From the NCBI RefSeq assembly GCF_024521635.1, contig NW_026250438.1, positions 248,001-285,517 of the forward strand: a DNA stretch of 37,517 nucleotides, given 5' to 3'. How positions within the stretch are numbered: position 1 is the first letter of the stretch; each line of letters begins with the position of its first letter. Source of the DNA: Tricharina praecox (lineage: Eukaryota). Of the stretch, positions 1-12,520 are shown one piece after another. The position numbers were made by a program, and so were the translations under genes. The notes under the pieces were generated by a model, which was given only the letters and a program-made list of their open reading frames with translations, did not search any database and was not told where the DNA came from.

Positions 1-2476
1 GCAATTAGAGAACGAGTCGCACACTGCTGTCGAGTTCCTAATGAAGCAGAGCTCCATCTATGTTTCCATAATATCCGAGCAGTTGAAGAGGTATCGGGCA
101 AAGGAGCTTGCCAAGGGGGGGGAGCCGCAGACCTCGACCTCGACCTCGACGGCTGCTACCACCACCAACGGAAAGGGAAATAAGAAGACCAAGGGTAAGG
201 GTAAGGCCAAGGCCAAGAAGGGAGGAGCGAAGAATGCTACCATCGATTCGTTTTTCGGGAATACAGCTGGGCCTGTCGGCGCGGCCGCCACATCGGCGGC
301 GCTGGCGGCTGCGGCATCAGATAACGACGGTGAGAAGTTGGGACAACATAAGGAGTTGAGGTCCGCTCGGCAGCCGAAGTTGATCACTGGCGGGATCATG
401 AAGGACTATCAGCTTGAAGGTCTGGAGTGGCTGATCACTTTGTACGAGAACGGTCTCAACGGTATCCTTGCGGACGAGATGGGCCTCGGAAAAACGCTCC
501 AGACAATCAGCTTCCTCGCGTTCCTGAGGGAAAAGGGGATCAAGGGTCCATTTCTGGTGGTCGGACCGGTTAGCGTTCTTTCCTCCTGGGTCGACGAGAT
601 CGCTAGATGGGCGCCGGACATGCCAGCTGTGAGTACTCCCTCTTCGTTAACTCAATTCCGCGTTGGTGGTGGAGGCTGATTGTGAGATTTCTAGCTGCTC
701 TACCATGGCAACCCGAAGGAACGTGCGGAGCTTCGCCGCACCCATATGAGCAAGAACCTGATCGCCTCCGGAGAGTTCCCGATCATCTGTACGAATTATG
801 AGATGATCATCCGTGACAAACCCGTCCTCAGCCAGTACCAGTGGAAGTACGTCATTATCGACGAGGGGCACAGACTCAAGAACATGAACTGCAAGCTCGT
901 GAAGGAGCTCAAGACGTATACATCCTCGAACCGTCTTCTCCTAACGGGTACACCTCTACAGAATAACCTCTTAGAGCTCTGGTCCTTGCTCAATTTTCTC
1001 ATCCCCGAAATCTTTGATGATTTCTCTCACTTCGAGAATTACTTTGATTTTAGCAAAATCCAAGATAAGGACAAAGCCGCGCATGCGGCGTTCATGAAGG
1101 AAAACGAAGAGACGAACCTAGTTGGCTCGTTACATGCGCTTCTCAAGCCCTTTCTCCTGAGGAGGGTGAAAACGGATGTGGAAACGGATCTGCCGCCGAA
1201 GAAGGAGTACATCTTGTACGCGCCGCTGTCTCCGTTGCAGAAGGGCCTCTACGGAGCGTTGTTGGAGCATAGAGCCGTCGAATTTTTGACGGACCTAATC
1301 CTCAACAAGGACAAAGTCACCTACGACTCGTCTACCAAGAAGCGCAAACTTGTCGAAGGCCAAAACGGATCTACCCCCAAGAAGACCAAGACGGAGTCCT
1401 CGGTCCTTGTGGAGGGAAAGCGTACGCGCAAGGCCGTTTGTTATCGAGAGGACGTACCGTTCAGCGAATGGTATACCGCATTCGAGAAAGAGGGTAATGC
1501 TTCTACTGAAGAGGATGAAGTGGTTCCGGAGATGTCTGAGCATCAGAAGGCCGTTATGACTTCCCGTAAGTGATCCCCTTCTCACCCTTATTTCTAGGTC
1601 TTCCCATCTGACGATCGAGTAGTCCGCGAGGTTGGGAATAAGAAGTTGCAGAACATGATCATGCAGCTTCGTTTGGTGTGCAACACGCCCCACCACTTCT
1701 TCTGGCCCTTCCATGATAAGCCAGTCCCGGACAAAACCTTGGTCACTTCCAGCGGGAAGATGATGCTCCTGGAGCGTCTGGTTCCCGCTCTCATTGAGCG
1801 CGGGCATAAGATCCTCATATTCAGCCAATTCAAGGCCATGCTCGATATCATTCATGATTGGGCTGAGCTTTTACATGGTTGGGAAGTGTGTCGTCTCGAT
1901 GGTGCGGTTGCGCAGGTGGACCGCCGTGCCGCCATTAAACGCTTCAATACTGCAGAATCAGCCAAGTTGTTCCTGTTGACGACCCGTGCCGGTGGTCTCG
2001 GTATCAATGTATGCACTCCTCTCCTTCATGCCTCATGCCGGTTCACATACTGATGCATATTGTAGCTTACGAGTTCGGACACGGTCATCCTTTTTGACAG
2101 TGACTGGAATCCCCAGATGGACTTACAGGCTCAGGACCGCGCCCACCGCATCGGCCAGACGAAGCCCGTCGTCATCTACCGGTTTGCGACCGCGAATACC
2201 GTCGAGCAGACTCTTCTGGACAAGGCTGATGGCAAGCGTCGCCTCGAGAAGCTAATCATCCAGAAGGGCAAATTCAAGAGCTTTTCCAAGGACGCTTCTA
2301 AAGACGACGCCGAGGCTTTGGATTCGCTTATTCTGAAAGAGGATTTCGAAAAGGTCACAGTGGTCGAAGAGGGAGATCAGATACTCTCGGACGCGGAACT
2401 CGAAGCGTTGCTCGATCGTTCCCCGGAGGCTTTTGCTAAGGATGCTGTCGAGAGCAAGGCCCTCAAGGTTGTCTAG
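1..2476 (+). CDS. IRC5: SNF2-family chromatin-remodelling ATPase, HELLS/LSH/DDM1/IRC5 subfamily (5' end lies outside the window). Exons about <1-628, 695-1565, 1623-2008, 2066-2476
   Basis: Motifs [57 protein letters not shown] and [25 protein letters not shown]. The frame is open upstream of the ATG at 41. Introns 629-694, 1566-1622 and 2009-2065 (GT..AG with branch sites) join the ORF pieces in frame. Confidence 0.88.
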
Positions 2477-4550
2477 ATGCACGCATCCCCTTCCTATGCC
2501 TACATGTTGCTTTGAATGAATCATGAAGGGTGTACTACACAATAGAGGTTTCGTTTTCCCCCGTTTCTTTCTTTCTTTTTTGTGTGTTTCTGGCTTCCTT
2601 CTCGTTTCATTTCTACGTAACTAGCACTGGGTGGTCGGGTCGGGTTCATAAGGCGTACATCATCTTTTACATGGCGGCGATTGCGATTGCTTTTTTTCAT
2701 TTTCCCCTTCCTGTTTTTCACGATGGGACTCGTTTCTTCGTATGTAAGGTTGCTGGCCATTGTTTGCATCATGTACTTGTGCATCCTCTTGCTATGTACT
2801 CTTGCTATGTACTCTATCTACCCCACTGCGTTATTGTTCCTTCCGTAGAAAAAGAGACCTTAATACTCTATTGCGTTTTTTGGTTGCACGATATTGGCTA
2901 TTATGTTTTTTTGGGTGCGTATGTTTTTGTTGATAGTATTTGGCCATGTTAAGGATTGGGGCGGGGTGGAAATTTGTGGCTTTGTTTATTGCGGATTTTG
3001 CGGATTTTGGCCTCTTCTTATAGACGATTGAGCTGTTATTTGTCGACCGTAACGATCATCTGTGCTATTTACTCAAGTAGATACCGATTGATGCGGAAAA
3101 AAGACTGCATTATCAAATCACATGGTAACTCGAGATGAGAAAGCACATGCTGCCCACGGCGTGGGCCGGACCCCGGCCGGCCGGTATTACTGCCGTTCTT
3201 CCATCCATTCTTCCAACCTTCCTCCCGGGTGGTCGACGATTCTCACCGAGAGTATCTTCACATTTTTAAACGACATAAGTTGCAGGGGAACGCGAGGGAG
3301 TAGCCGCGGAGCACATGTGAATTTCTTCCAACCATCAGGATTCATAGGGCATCACCACGCCATACACCGGGGATTGCTATGTACAATAAAGTCTAGACTT
3401 CAATTCTGGGAATCGACTGGATTGACTGAACCGACTGGCTTACTGGACCGACTTACTGACAGGACCACCGGGATCCAACCAGCTGCCAGCATCGCCGAGC
3501 ATATTCCGGGTTGTCGTGAAGGTTATGGGTTGGACAGCATTTTATTTTACTGACGATGGTTGGGCGGGTGGGTGCTAGGTGGGTGCCAGGTGGGCCGGGC
3601 CGGGCCGTAACTACACGTGCACTCCCTGGGGCGATCCCATCGCCCGCGAGATATGGACATCTGATCCGGCTCCCTGTTTATATGTACATGTCTTCACCGA
3701 GGATGTTGTGCCGGCAGAGGGGTGTAGGTGAGGTGGTTGTGTGGGCACTGGGCTTGGGACTCTGGTGATTGGAATCTACGGCGGTGGTTGTTGATCCACG
3801 GTACCTAGCTTCCAAATCACTCGAGATCACTATGTGGCACTGGGTTAACCACCACCTGGTACGATTGCTATGGTTGGAAAGGAGTGTGACAGTTCACCAT
3901 AGTCTAGATAGGCTGCATGCGAAATAAATTGAAGATCTCTCTGTTACGATTGCTATGGTGGATCCGCGGGCTCTCCATTCGAATTGTGAGAAAGAGCTCA
4001 CAACAAGAGGAGCGGTGGCGGCGAGTTTTGATACTGATCGAAAGCTGGCCCGGCTTCAGCGAAGCGGACCGTCAAAAAGTGACCAACATGGTCGGTATAG
4101 GACAGTCCAAAGGGCTTGCCACCATTGTCTGTGATGCATAGGTGAATCTCATGATGAAAGGTGACTTTGCTCTATATTCTTCAATAACAAGTCGAGATCA
4201 CTCGGTGTGGTTGAAAAGCCACTAGATTAATAGGCTGGAACCCATGGAGGTGAATGCGCCAAGGGATCCCTGGAAATCAGCCTCCCTTTCTTGGCCATCC
4301 GCGGCCCTATCGTCCTCCACGCTAGCTGTAGCAACGACTCCATCCATTCATCCATCCACTTGAACTGGACTTTCTCGACACATGTGCTGAAACTCCCATA
4401 ATTTCCCCCTCTCGCTCTCTCTCCTTTTCTCAAGAAACTCTCGATATAAACTTCTCCTCTGCCCGTCTGTTATTCATTCTTCAAAGTTTCGTTTTGTTCT
4501 CCCCCAACGTCATCGGAGCCTAACCACCGGTCGAGGCGCTCCTTACCACA

Positions 4551-6982
4551 ATGTCGGGTCCGAAAGATTTTGCGCCTATGGTGCCTTGGAGCTACGACCT
4601 CATTATCTGGTCGTTCTCGCGTTAGTGTCCCTCACGAGTGAGAGAGAAGGGAAGTGAAGCTTTGAGGGAGCGAGTGGGCTGATAGACAACAGTTCTGGTG
4701 GACCTGTTCTTCCGTGAAGTTCACCCCCGAGGCGCATTCAGGATTCCCAGACGGGGCGCTGTTATCTTCGTTGCTGCCCCGCATGCAAACCAGGTGGGTA
4801 ATTTTCCACTGGACAACCAGAGGTGGTGCGAGTAGTAGGCAAACTTCTTGTCCCCTCTCTCTGCCTTCCCCGCGATAAGGATATGCAGACGGATACAGGT
4901 GGGCTGACTTGACTTTGGTACCGTAGTTTGTCGACCCGCTCATTCTCATGCGCGCCGTGCGGCTCGAAGCGCGCCGTCGCCTCGCCATTCTTGTCGCCGA
5001 GAAATCCATGCGCCGCAAGTTCATCGGATGGCTGTCGCGCCGCGTCGGAGCGGTGCCCGTGGCCCGCGCACAGGACATGACGTCGCCCGGAACGGGGCGC
5101 ATCTACTTGCTGAACCGTGAGGATCTCTTGACCATCCGCGGTGTCGGTACCAAGTTCACCGAAGAGTGTATGGTTGGCGGACTGTTGGTCCTGCCGTCGG
5201 TGGGTGGGCGGAGTGCCGCCAGCTCTGAGATTGCCGAGATTCTGAACGATGAGGAGATCGTCCTGAAGAAGGAGTTTAAGGCGTCGAGTGCCATGGCACA
5301 GTTGACGGCGAAAACGAAGGAGGGATTGGGCACTAAGTTCAAGAAGGCGCCCAAGGTGGATCAGACCATGGTTTACGATGCGGTGTTTGAGAGGTTGAAC
5401 TCGGGCGGATGTGTCGGTATCTTTCCCGAGGGGGGTAGTCACGACAGAACGGAGCTGCTGCCTTTGAAGGCTGGTGTCGCTATCATGGCGCTTGGAGCCC
5501 TCGCCGCGAACCCGGATTGCGACCTGAAGATTGTCCCTGCGGGCATGAACTACTTCCATGCGCACAAGTTCCGGTCGAGGGCTGTGATTGAGTTCGGCAA
5601 TCCGATTGAAGTCCCGAAGGAGCTGGTGGAGATGTACCGGGGTGGTGAAAAGAGGGAAGCTGTTAGAGCCTTGCTTGAGCTCATCTACAATGGATTGCTT
5701 GCCGTCACCGTTACTTCTCCCGATTATGACACCTTGATGGTATGATACCAGTACTCGCCGGGAATGACTGGGGAGTAAGCGCTCACACTTTTGACAGGTT
5801 ATCCAAGCTGCACGCAGGCTATACAAGCCGACACAGAAGAAGCTCCCGCTTCCGGCAGTGGTGGAGCTGAACCGTCGCCTAGTAAACGGATACGTACACT
5901 ACAAGGACGACCTCCGGGTGGTGAACTTGCGCAAATCCGTCTCGGAATACAACCGTCAACTGCGCCTGCTCGGCCTTAGGGATCACCAAGTGGAGTACGC
6001 CAAATTCTCCATCGTCAAGGTTATCTGGACCCTGGTGTACCGCGTCTTCAAACTTGTCATCCTCGGCATTGGGGCGCTGCCTGGATTCATACTTTTCCTC
6101 CCGGTCTTCATTGCCACAAAGATCATCTCGATCCAAAAGGCTAAGGAGGCGCTTAAGGGATCCACCGTGAAGATCCAGGGACGAGATGTGATGGCTACGT
6201 GGAAGCTGCTGGTGTCTCTGGCATTCGCGCCCCTCTGCTATAACTTTTACGTCGTTCTCTTTTGCTGGTGGACAGCCAAGCACCGGTTCTACGGACTGAT
6301 GCCGGACTGGGTTCCCACCATTGGCGTTGCCATCGTCGGATGGATTCTGTTCCCCACTATCACCTTTGCCGCTTTGCGGTTCGGCGAGATCGGAATGGAC
6401 ATCGCCAAGTCACTACGTCCCCTCATCCTGTCGTTGAACCCCACCAGCGCCAACACCCTCGTCAAGCTACGCGAGAAGCGCGCGCAGCTTTCCGCGGACG
6501 TGACGGATCTCATCAACTCCCTCGGACCCGAGTTGTACCCCGATTTCGAGTCCGGCCGTGTTGTCGCAGATCCCTTCGCTCGCAATCCCACTGACGGTTT
6601 GCCGTCGATCACATTCCAGCGTCGGGATTCCGATGTTTCCTCCGACGGCGGCCATGGCGATGGTCCGGTCAAGCACAACATTCCGCGGAGCGAGTCGTTT
6701 GCGAACCTTGGAAACATTGGCTTGTTCGCCAGTCGGCCGGCCTCGCGCGCTAGATCGAGGACGAACAGTGGTGGGTTCTCGATCAAGGCGCTCAGTGGTA
6801 TGGAAGGAATCTCCACCCAGGCCGGCTTCGAAACTGTCTCCAAGAGGATTGCGGATGCGATGAAGGAGCGCAGACGGAGACGGCTCTCGGAGGAGGGCAA
6901 GGACTGGGAGGAGGAAGCGGTCGAGGCTGAGGACGACACCGAAATTTGTGACGATGACGACGAGGATAAAAAGCGCATTTGA
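4551..6982 (+). CDS. SCT1: Glycerol-3-phosphate/DHAP sn-1 O-acyltransferase (Sct1/Gpt2 family). Exons 4551-4620, 4693-4793, 4927-5739, 5798-6982
   Basis: After splicing the protein reads VDLFFREVHPRG...APHANQFVDP (acyltransferase HxxxxD motif), GIFPEGGSHDRTELLPLKAG and HKFRSRAVIEFG, followed by hydrophobic segments and an acidic tail. Introns 4621-4692, 4794-4926 and 5740-5797 keep the frame. Confidence 0.92.
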
Positions 6983-7591
6983 TCTCGCTCTTTTCTGATG
7001 GGTTCAATTAGGGCTTCTTTTTTTTTCTTTTTATCTTCTGGGGAATATTATTTTGTACTCCACTTCTCCCCCTTAATGCTCTCTAAAAACCCACTGGTTG
7101 GATGGATACTGACATTTGGTTTTTACTCCCCTTTTTTACTTTCTTTGTTTTCATAATGCCTTTGTCTTCATTTTTCCTGATCATCTGCACCTTGCGGAGG
7201 AGTTGATGGGTGGGATCAGGTGGTAGGGCGGTGTGGGCGGTGTTTACGGGCTGAAACTGGAAATAAAAACTTGGGGTCGGGTTATGTATAATTTACTGTA
7301 TATGAGCTCATCTACGTGAAGGAAGACACTGAGAAGGTAGGCCACGAATATGGCCTGCTGGAGGTGAGTCTTTGCGAAGAGCCATTAGGAACCCATAACT
7401 TATGACCGTACTTATTATGACGATATCGTGAGCACCGTGATCCGCCGGGTAAAACCCTAGCTGTATCTCGTAACGCGAGCAACCACACCAAGTACACGAC
7501 AACAAAACATCGCGACTCCACTACGGTAGCTCACCGCTCACCTTCATAATACCGCATATTCACCAATTTCCTTTCCCAGCACGGCAAAATC

Positions 7592-9060
7592 ATGGCACAG
7601 CGCCCGCAGTCCCTAACGGCGGAACTCGAGAAGATTGAGCAGAAGATTACGTTGACGCTTCAAGGTACGTGTCTGAGCGCTGGGGAGAGAGGTGGGGTGG
7701 GGAAGGGAGCAGAACTCTGATGAGATGGTTCAGAAATCGACCACAATTTCGCCCGTGCCCACCGAATCGTTACTTCCTCGATCCTGCCGATTGTCGAGCG
7801 CTACGGCCAGGAGTCGGAGGCGGTGTGGGAGGGGTCCAAGGTCGGGCCCTCTCTGGTTGGTTGGGTGCTGTTGTTGGTGCGGTGCTGACACCCCCGAAGT
7901 TTTGGAAGCAGTTCTTTGAGGCCAGTGCGAACGTTGCCATCTCGAATTACCAGGAGGATGTAACGTACGACGACGAAGAGGAGACCGATGTCCAGCAGGA
8001 GGAGACAACGTACGCGGAGGATGCAACGTCCATGGCCGCGTCTTCGCCGGGACACTACAGTGGTACCCATAGAGTCCATGCGCACGGGGATTATACGCGG
8101 GATGAGGATGCTACACAACAGACGATGGGCGGTGAGGAGGGGCCGGAGGAGGACGAAGGGGAGACCGAGTTGGATCTGGACGATTCCATGCTGGATTCGC
8201 TGAACCTCACGTCTGCGCAGCTGCCCATGCAGAGCACGCCCAAATCCGGCCGTAGCACGGGGAGCCAGGGCTGGGCCGATATCGAGTCGCCATTCGAAAC
8301 ACTGGCGAAGGAGCTGACCATGAAATACGGGAGTCCGGAGCGGGCGCCACGGCAGCAGCTGAACCGCTTCCGGCAACCCACCTCAGCCGCCGCACTGGAA
8401 GCCGACTCCTCGACGCTCCCGCCGCCGCCCACAACACCACGCACCACCCGCCGCTACGCCGGCTCCCCCGACTCCTCGCCCTTCCGCCCCCCCGCGCGCA
8501 CCCCCGGCGTCGACCAGGACGCAATCATGCACCGAGTCCTCGACAAGAACTGGCGGCTGCAAGCGACACCACTCAAGCCCGCGCCGTCACGGTACCGTCC
8601 CGCGGCCGCCGCGACGCCCAAACCCAAGTTTGGCCGCGAATTTGACAGCTCGCCGATCTCGTCGCCGCCCGCGCCCCAACTCCGCACGCAAATCTTCACT
8701 CCGCGCGCACTCCGCACTCCCGGCGCAGCGCGCTTCGAGGCCGCCGCTGCCCTCGCCGGCCAACAGTCCGTCAAGGGAATGGGAAAGGCCTCCGCCATCG
8801 GGAAGTACGACTACATGTACGACGACGATAGCGACGACGATATCCTCCTGCCGGCGGGCCTGAGTCCGCCAAAGACTATGCGGTTTGACCTGCCGCCGTC
8901 GAAGCTGATTGCTACGCCGGCGAAGGCCGCGAGTAGACGCATCGTGAGGGATATTTTGCAGACGGCCGGCGAGGGTGATGACACCATGACCACTGATGCG
9001 AGTAGTCCGCCCAGGGGCGGCCGGGGCCGGATGATGGACGACGACGACGATCCGTTTTAG
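7592..9060 (+). CDS. ASK1: DASH/Dam1 kinetochore complex subunit Ask1. Exons 7592-7664, 7734-7840, 7900-9060
   Basis: The spliced N-terminus LTAELEKIEQKITLTLQEIDHNFARAHRIVTSSILPIVERY...VWEGSKFWKQFFEASANV matches the DASH_Ask1 domain. The disordered S/T-P-rich tail contains HRVLDKNWRLQATP and SPPKTM. Confidence 0.93.
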
Positions 9061-9333
9061 AGTTTGTGCTGAAGATTGAGTGGGGATAGATGGGAATAGG
9101 GGTCTGGGCGTATTGTTTGTTTTTCACGGGGATACTTGCTTAGTTGCCTACTTCACGATTTGATTGGGGGCCCTCCGTTTATATTCATCAATTCGTCTTG
9201 TGATCGTAATTGCAGGAAAAACAAAGGTAACAAAAAGACAAATCAGCTGCTCTCATGCGGTTATCTGACATCAAATAATACTGTACAAAAAAACATTTCA
9301 CCCGGTGTATCCATCCCTCTCCCGTAACTCACA

Positions 9334-10506
9334 CTACCTCTGCTGCGGAGACTGCGGGGGATCCGGTGCGTGCTGTTCCGGCAACCAGAAGATCTATGCA
9401 CCCGGCCATTGTCAGTGCCCACACTCCCAATCGTCAGGTAAAGAAAGAAAATTCACCACTTCCTTGTTTGCGCTTGCAAAAAGATTGGTCTTCGGATTGA
9501 AGGCCACACACGCAGCCATACTCCTGCCATTCTCTGCCAGATCTACAACTGGCTTGAGAGTCTTCTTCTCATCGGCGGGCATCGCCGTGTCCCAGACGCT
9601 CACGCCGCGATCTCCATGGCCGCCGACAATGTAGCGGCCGTCGGGCGTGAAACATACGTCTCCACCGGTTTCGGTGACGTTGGGGTTGGTGGGTCCGCGG
9701 GGGCGGTGGACGCGGTACAAGAACTTTGCGGTGTTCTCGGCGAAGGAGTCGATGATGTAGTGGGCGTGCCCGCGGGTGCCGAGGAGCATGTGTTTCCCGT
9801 CGTTGCTGAACTCGAGTTTACTCCAGGCGGGCATGCGGGGCGGGTACGAGAAGCTGCTCAGGAAGCTGTCGTCGGTAACGGTGAAGGTGGTGAACGGCTG
9901 CTTGTCGTAGTTGCGGAGGTCGTAGAGCATTATGCTCTGTGCGGTGTGCGAGGCGACGGCGAAGATGATGCCACTGGGATCGAAGGCCGCGATGGAGGGC
10001 GAGGAGATGTTCAGAATTCCGTGACAGTTTGGGCTGCGAAGATCCCATAGCCGCACGGTGTCGTCGTACGATGAGGAAATGAATTGGTCGTCGACAGGGG
10101 ACACCTCGAGGCTGTTGACGATGCGCCGGTGCCCGCGGAAGTACCGGATGTAGCTATTGTCGTGGAGGGAGAGGTATCGGATCGTGTCGTCGCCCTTGGT
10201 GGAGGCGTAGACTACGTTGGTGGAGGTGTGCGTGAACTTCGCGAGGTGGCAGCCGTATTTCTTGCTGAAGAGCGTCTTTTGGTGTCGCCCGCTCCCGCAG
10301 TCGTACACCTGAAGCGTCTCATCGGTGCTAGAGGCGACGCAGAGCTCGCCTTTGTCATCGAAATCCAGGGATGTGATTTCGCTGCCTTGACTGATGTTCT
10401 GGAAGGCTTTGGAGGGGCGGAAGCGGTGGATCGTCTCCAAGAGCTTGACGGTTTCGCCGGAGTGGAGCGAGGCACTGGCGGCAGTGGGGATTGAGGGAAC
10501 TGGCAT
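9334..10506 (-). CDS. SWD2: WD40 protein Swd2/WDR82 (COMPASS and cleavage/polyadenylation factor subunit). Exons 10506-9457 and 9393-9334
   Basis: Motifs LFSKKYGCHLAKFTH, DDTIRYLSLHDNSYIRYFRGH and DDTVRLWDLRSP. Intron 9456-9394 restores the conserved C-terminal IFWLP. Confidence 0.93.
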
Positions 10507-12520
10507 TGTGCGAAGAGTGTGATGTGGGATTGGAATTGAGGAGGATCTTGTGATGCAGACGTGCGATCGCTGTGTGCCCCCGCTGGTGGTAAATGGATGG
10601 TAGAGAGAGTCGTGACGGTCGTGACGGTGGTTGGCAGTTGCGGCCCAGAAAGCAGCGAACGGGTTCGAGGTCAGTCGCGTTGTATTACATGGAAGGTGAA
10701 GGGAAGACGCGTTTTGTCTAATTTCTCGTTTAAGGCGGCTCAAACCACTGGCCTAACGTCAGGGTCCGTGGTTACTGATGTAGATACTCCAATTTTTCAA
10801 CACATCTGCTGGCCATGGATATGGATGGCGCTCAGGTGTGATTCTATCAGAGGCTCTTCAGAGAGCATCAATCGTACGTGCAGCCAATCCCCATTTACGC
10901 TTGCCCGTCGTCACCAACTCCATCATGAAGACTTGAGACTTGACGCCGTGGAAATGGGATTCACACGGACTGTTTAACTGTCCGAAGCAGAGGAAACGCA
11001 CAATTACATACGCCCCTCGAGTTACTAGCCAACTCTACGTACTCGTCAGAAGAACCAAAATTAGCCAAAGTTGTCCCAGGTCGGGCCGAAGCTTCTTGTG
11101 CAGAGGTTCTGGATCTCGGGCCGTCTCCAGACTCCAACTGGATATTTTCTGGGGTGGAATCCAGTACATACATGAGAATCCTGTCCTAAAGGAATCCGAG
11201 GATTCCACCTACACCGGAAACATAGGACAGCTTCATGGGAGCAATCTCGTCCCACATGATCTCAAGTGGATGCCATTGCGGGCATGGCAATACCCCTCTC
11301 GTGATAGGCCATAAGTTCAGGCAGAACTCTGAATCAAAGACCTGGTAAAGGGCACTACAACTCGCTGGCATCCGCTTCAACCAGTAAATATGGTATCTCG
11401 CAATCCGACGGCAGCAATTTCTGTGCTTGGAGAACTTCTTCGAAAAGCAGAAGATGCCTTGATATTCCCCGCTAGGAACGCTAAACCAATTAGCTTCCTT
11501 ACCGTGTTTCAGACGTTCGGCGACATCAACCTTTCGCTGCGGGCTCGCAAGCCCTTACTTTTTTTATTTCGTTTCATCATCCTGCGACAGTTCAAAACAC
11601 ATACACCGTTTCCTGGCCCCACCAGTCACAGAGGTGCCCGGGCAAGCCCTTAAATACATGCGAGGATATTTTCCGAGCTGGCTCAGTAGTGGTCCAGTAG
11701 TAGAGTGATAGCCTATGAATCGACCGACACGCTTGCAGCGGCGTTAGAGCGATAAGAGGATCCCTTAAATCCGTCCTCATCATGCAGCATAGGCCGATAT
11801 GATTGTATATATGAGTGATGTGCATATGTATGTAAATTACTTTCCAGCCTCTCCTCCCTCCTGGCGGCCGTTGATCAAGGCCATGAGCATCGCCTCTTCG
11901 CATTGATTGGAGGCGGGGAATTGCCTAGCCGTTTTGCCGACGGGTCGAGCAGGAGTGATGAGGAATGATGTCAAACTCGGTCACACCATCCGCAGCGCAA
12001 GATGCCCTAAATAGTTGCAGGCTCGCCAGAGCTTCAGCCGTTTCTCGCCTCGGTGTCCCCACGAAGCGCTCGATTGCTGGCTATGAGCCTTCGGATAGAC
12101 AGGCGATGACCTCGCCGTGAGCGGGTGTTTCGTTGACAGTTGTGCTGCATTGCTCCGTGCTGTCGACTCACTCTTGCTCGTCAAGACTGGAAGGTGAGGG
12201 GTGATTATCGTCCCACCATACTTTGGCTTGCCTGCGGAGCCGCCCCACTCCGCAGTCACACACAAAATCTGCGATTGGTAATCTGCAAGTCCCCCCGGCT
12301 GAGACTAGCGTGCTTGGCGTTCGAGCCTTTTAGCCCCTCCTCTTCCCCGCTCAAGAGAACTTCCCTTCACTCTCTCCCACGATCTCCTCCCTCCCAATTT
12401 GCTTCGCCATTTCCCAGCGAGCAATCTCTAGAGTCTCGTGGTCCTCTTCCTTCGAAAGAGCAGAGACAACTTTTCACCTTCAATTGTTTCCCCAGTAAAA
12501 GTTTCAAAACAACCGCAAAG

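Noticed and set aside
2530..2952. 140-aa hydrophobic ORF after the SNF2 gene
   Set aside because: It is T-rich 3'-UTR or terminator-like sequence, which produces Phe/Val/Leu-rich spurious translations.
10507..10743. In-frame N-terminal extensions from TTG/GTG starts for SWD2 (and MKT1 18299-18436, ASK1 7669-7899)
   Set aside because: These are artefacts of bacterial-style start codons and unspliced ORF calling. The conserved sequence begins at the ATG or spliced models given.
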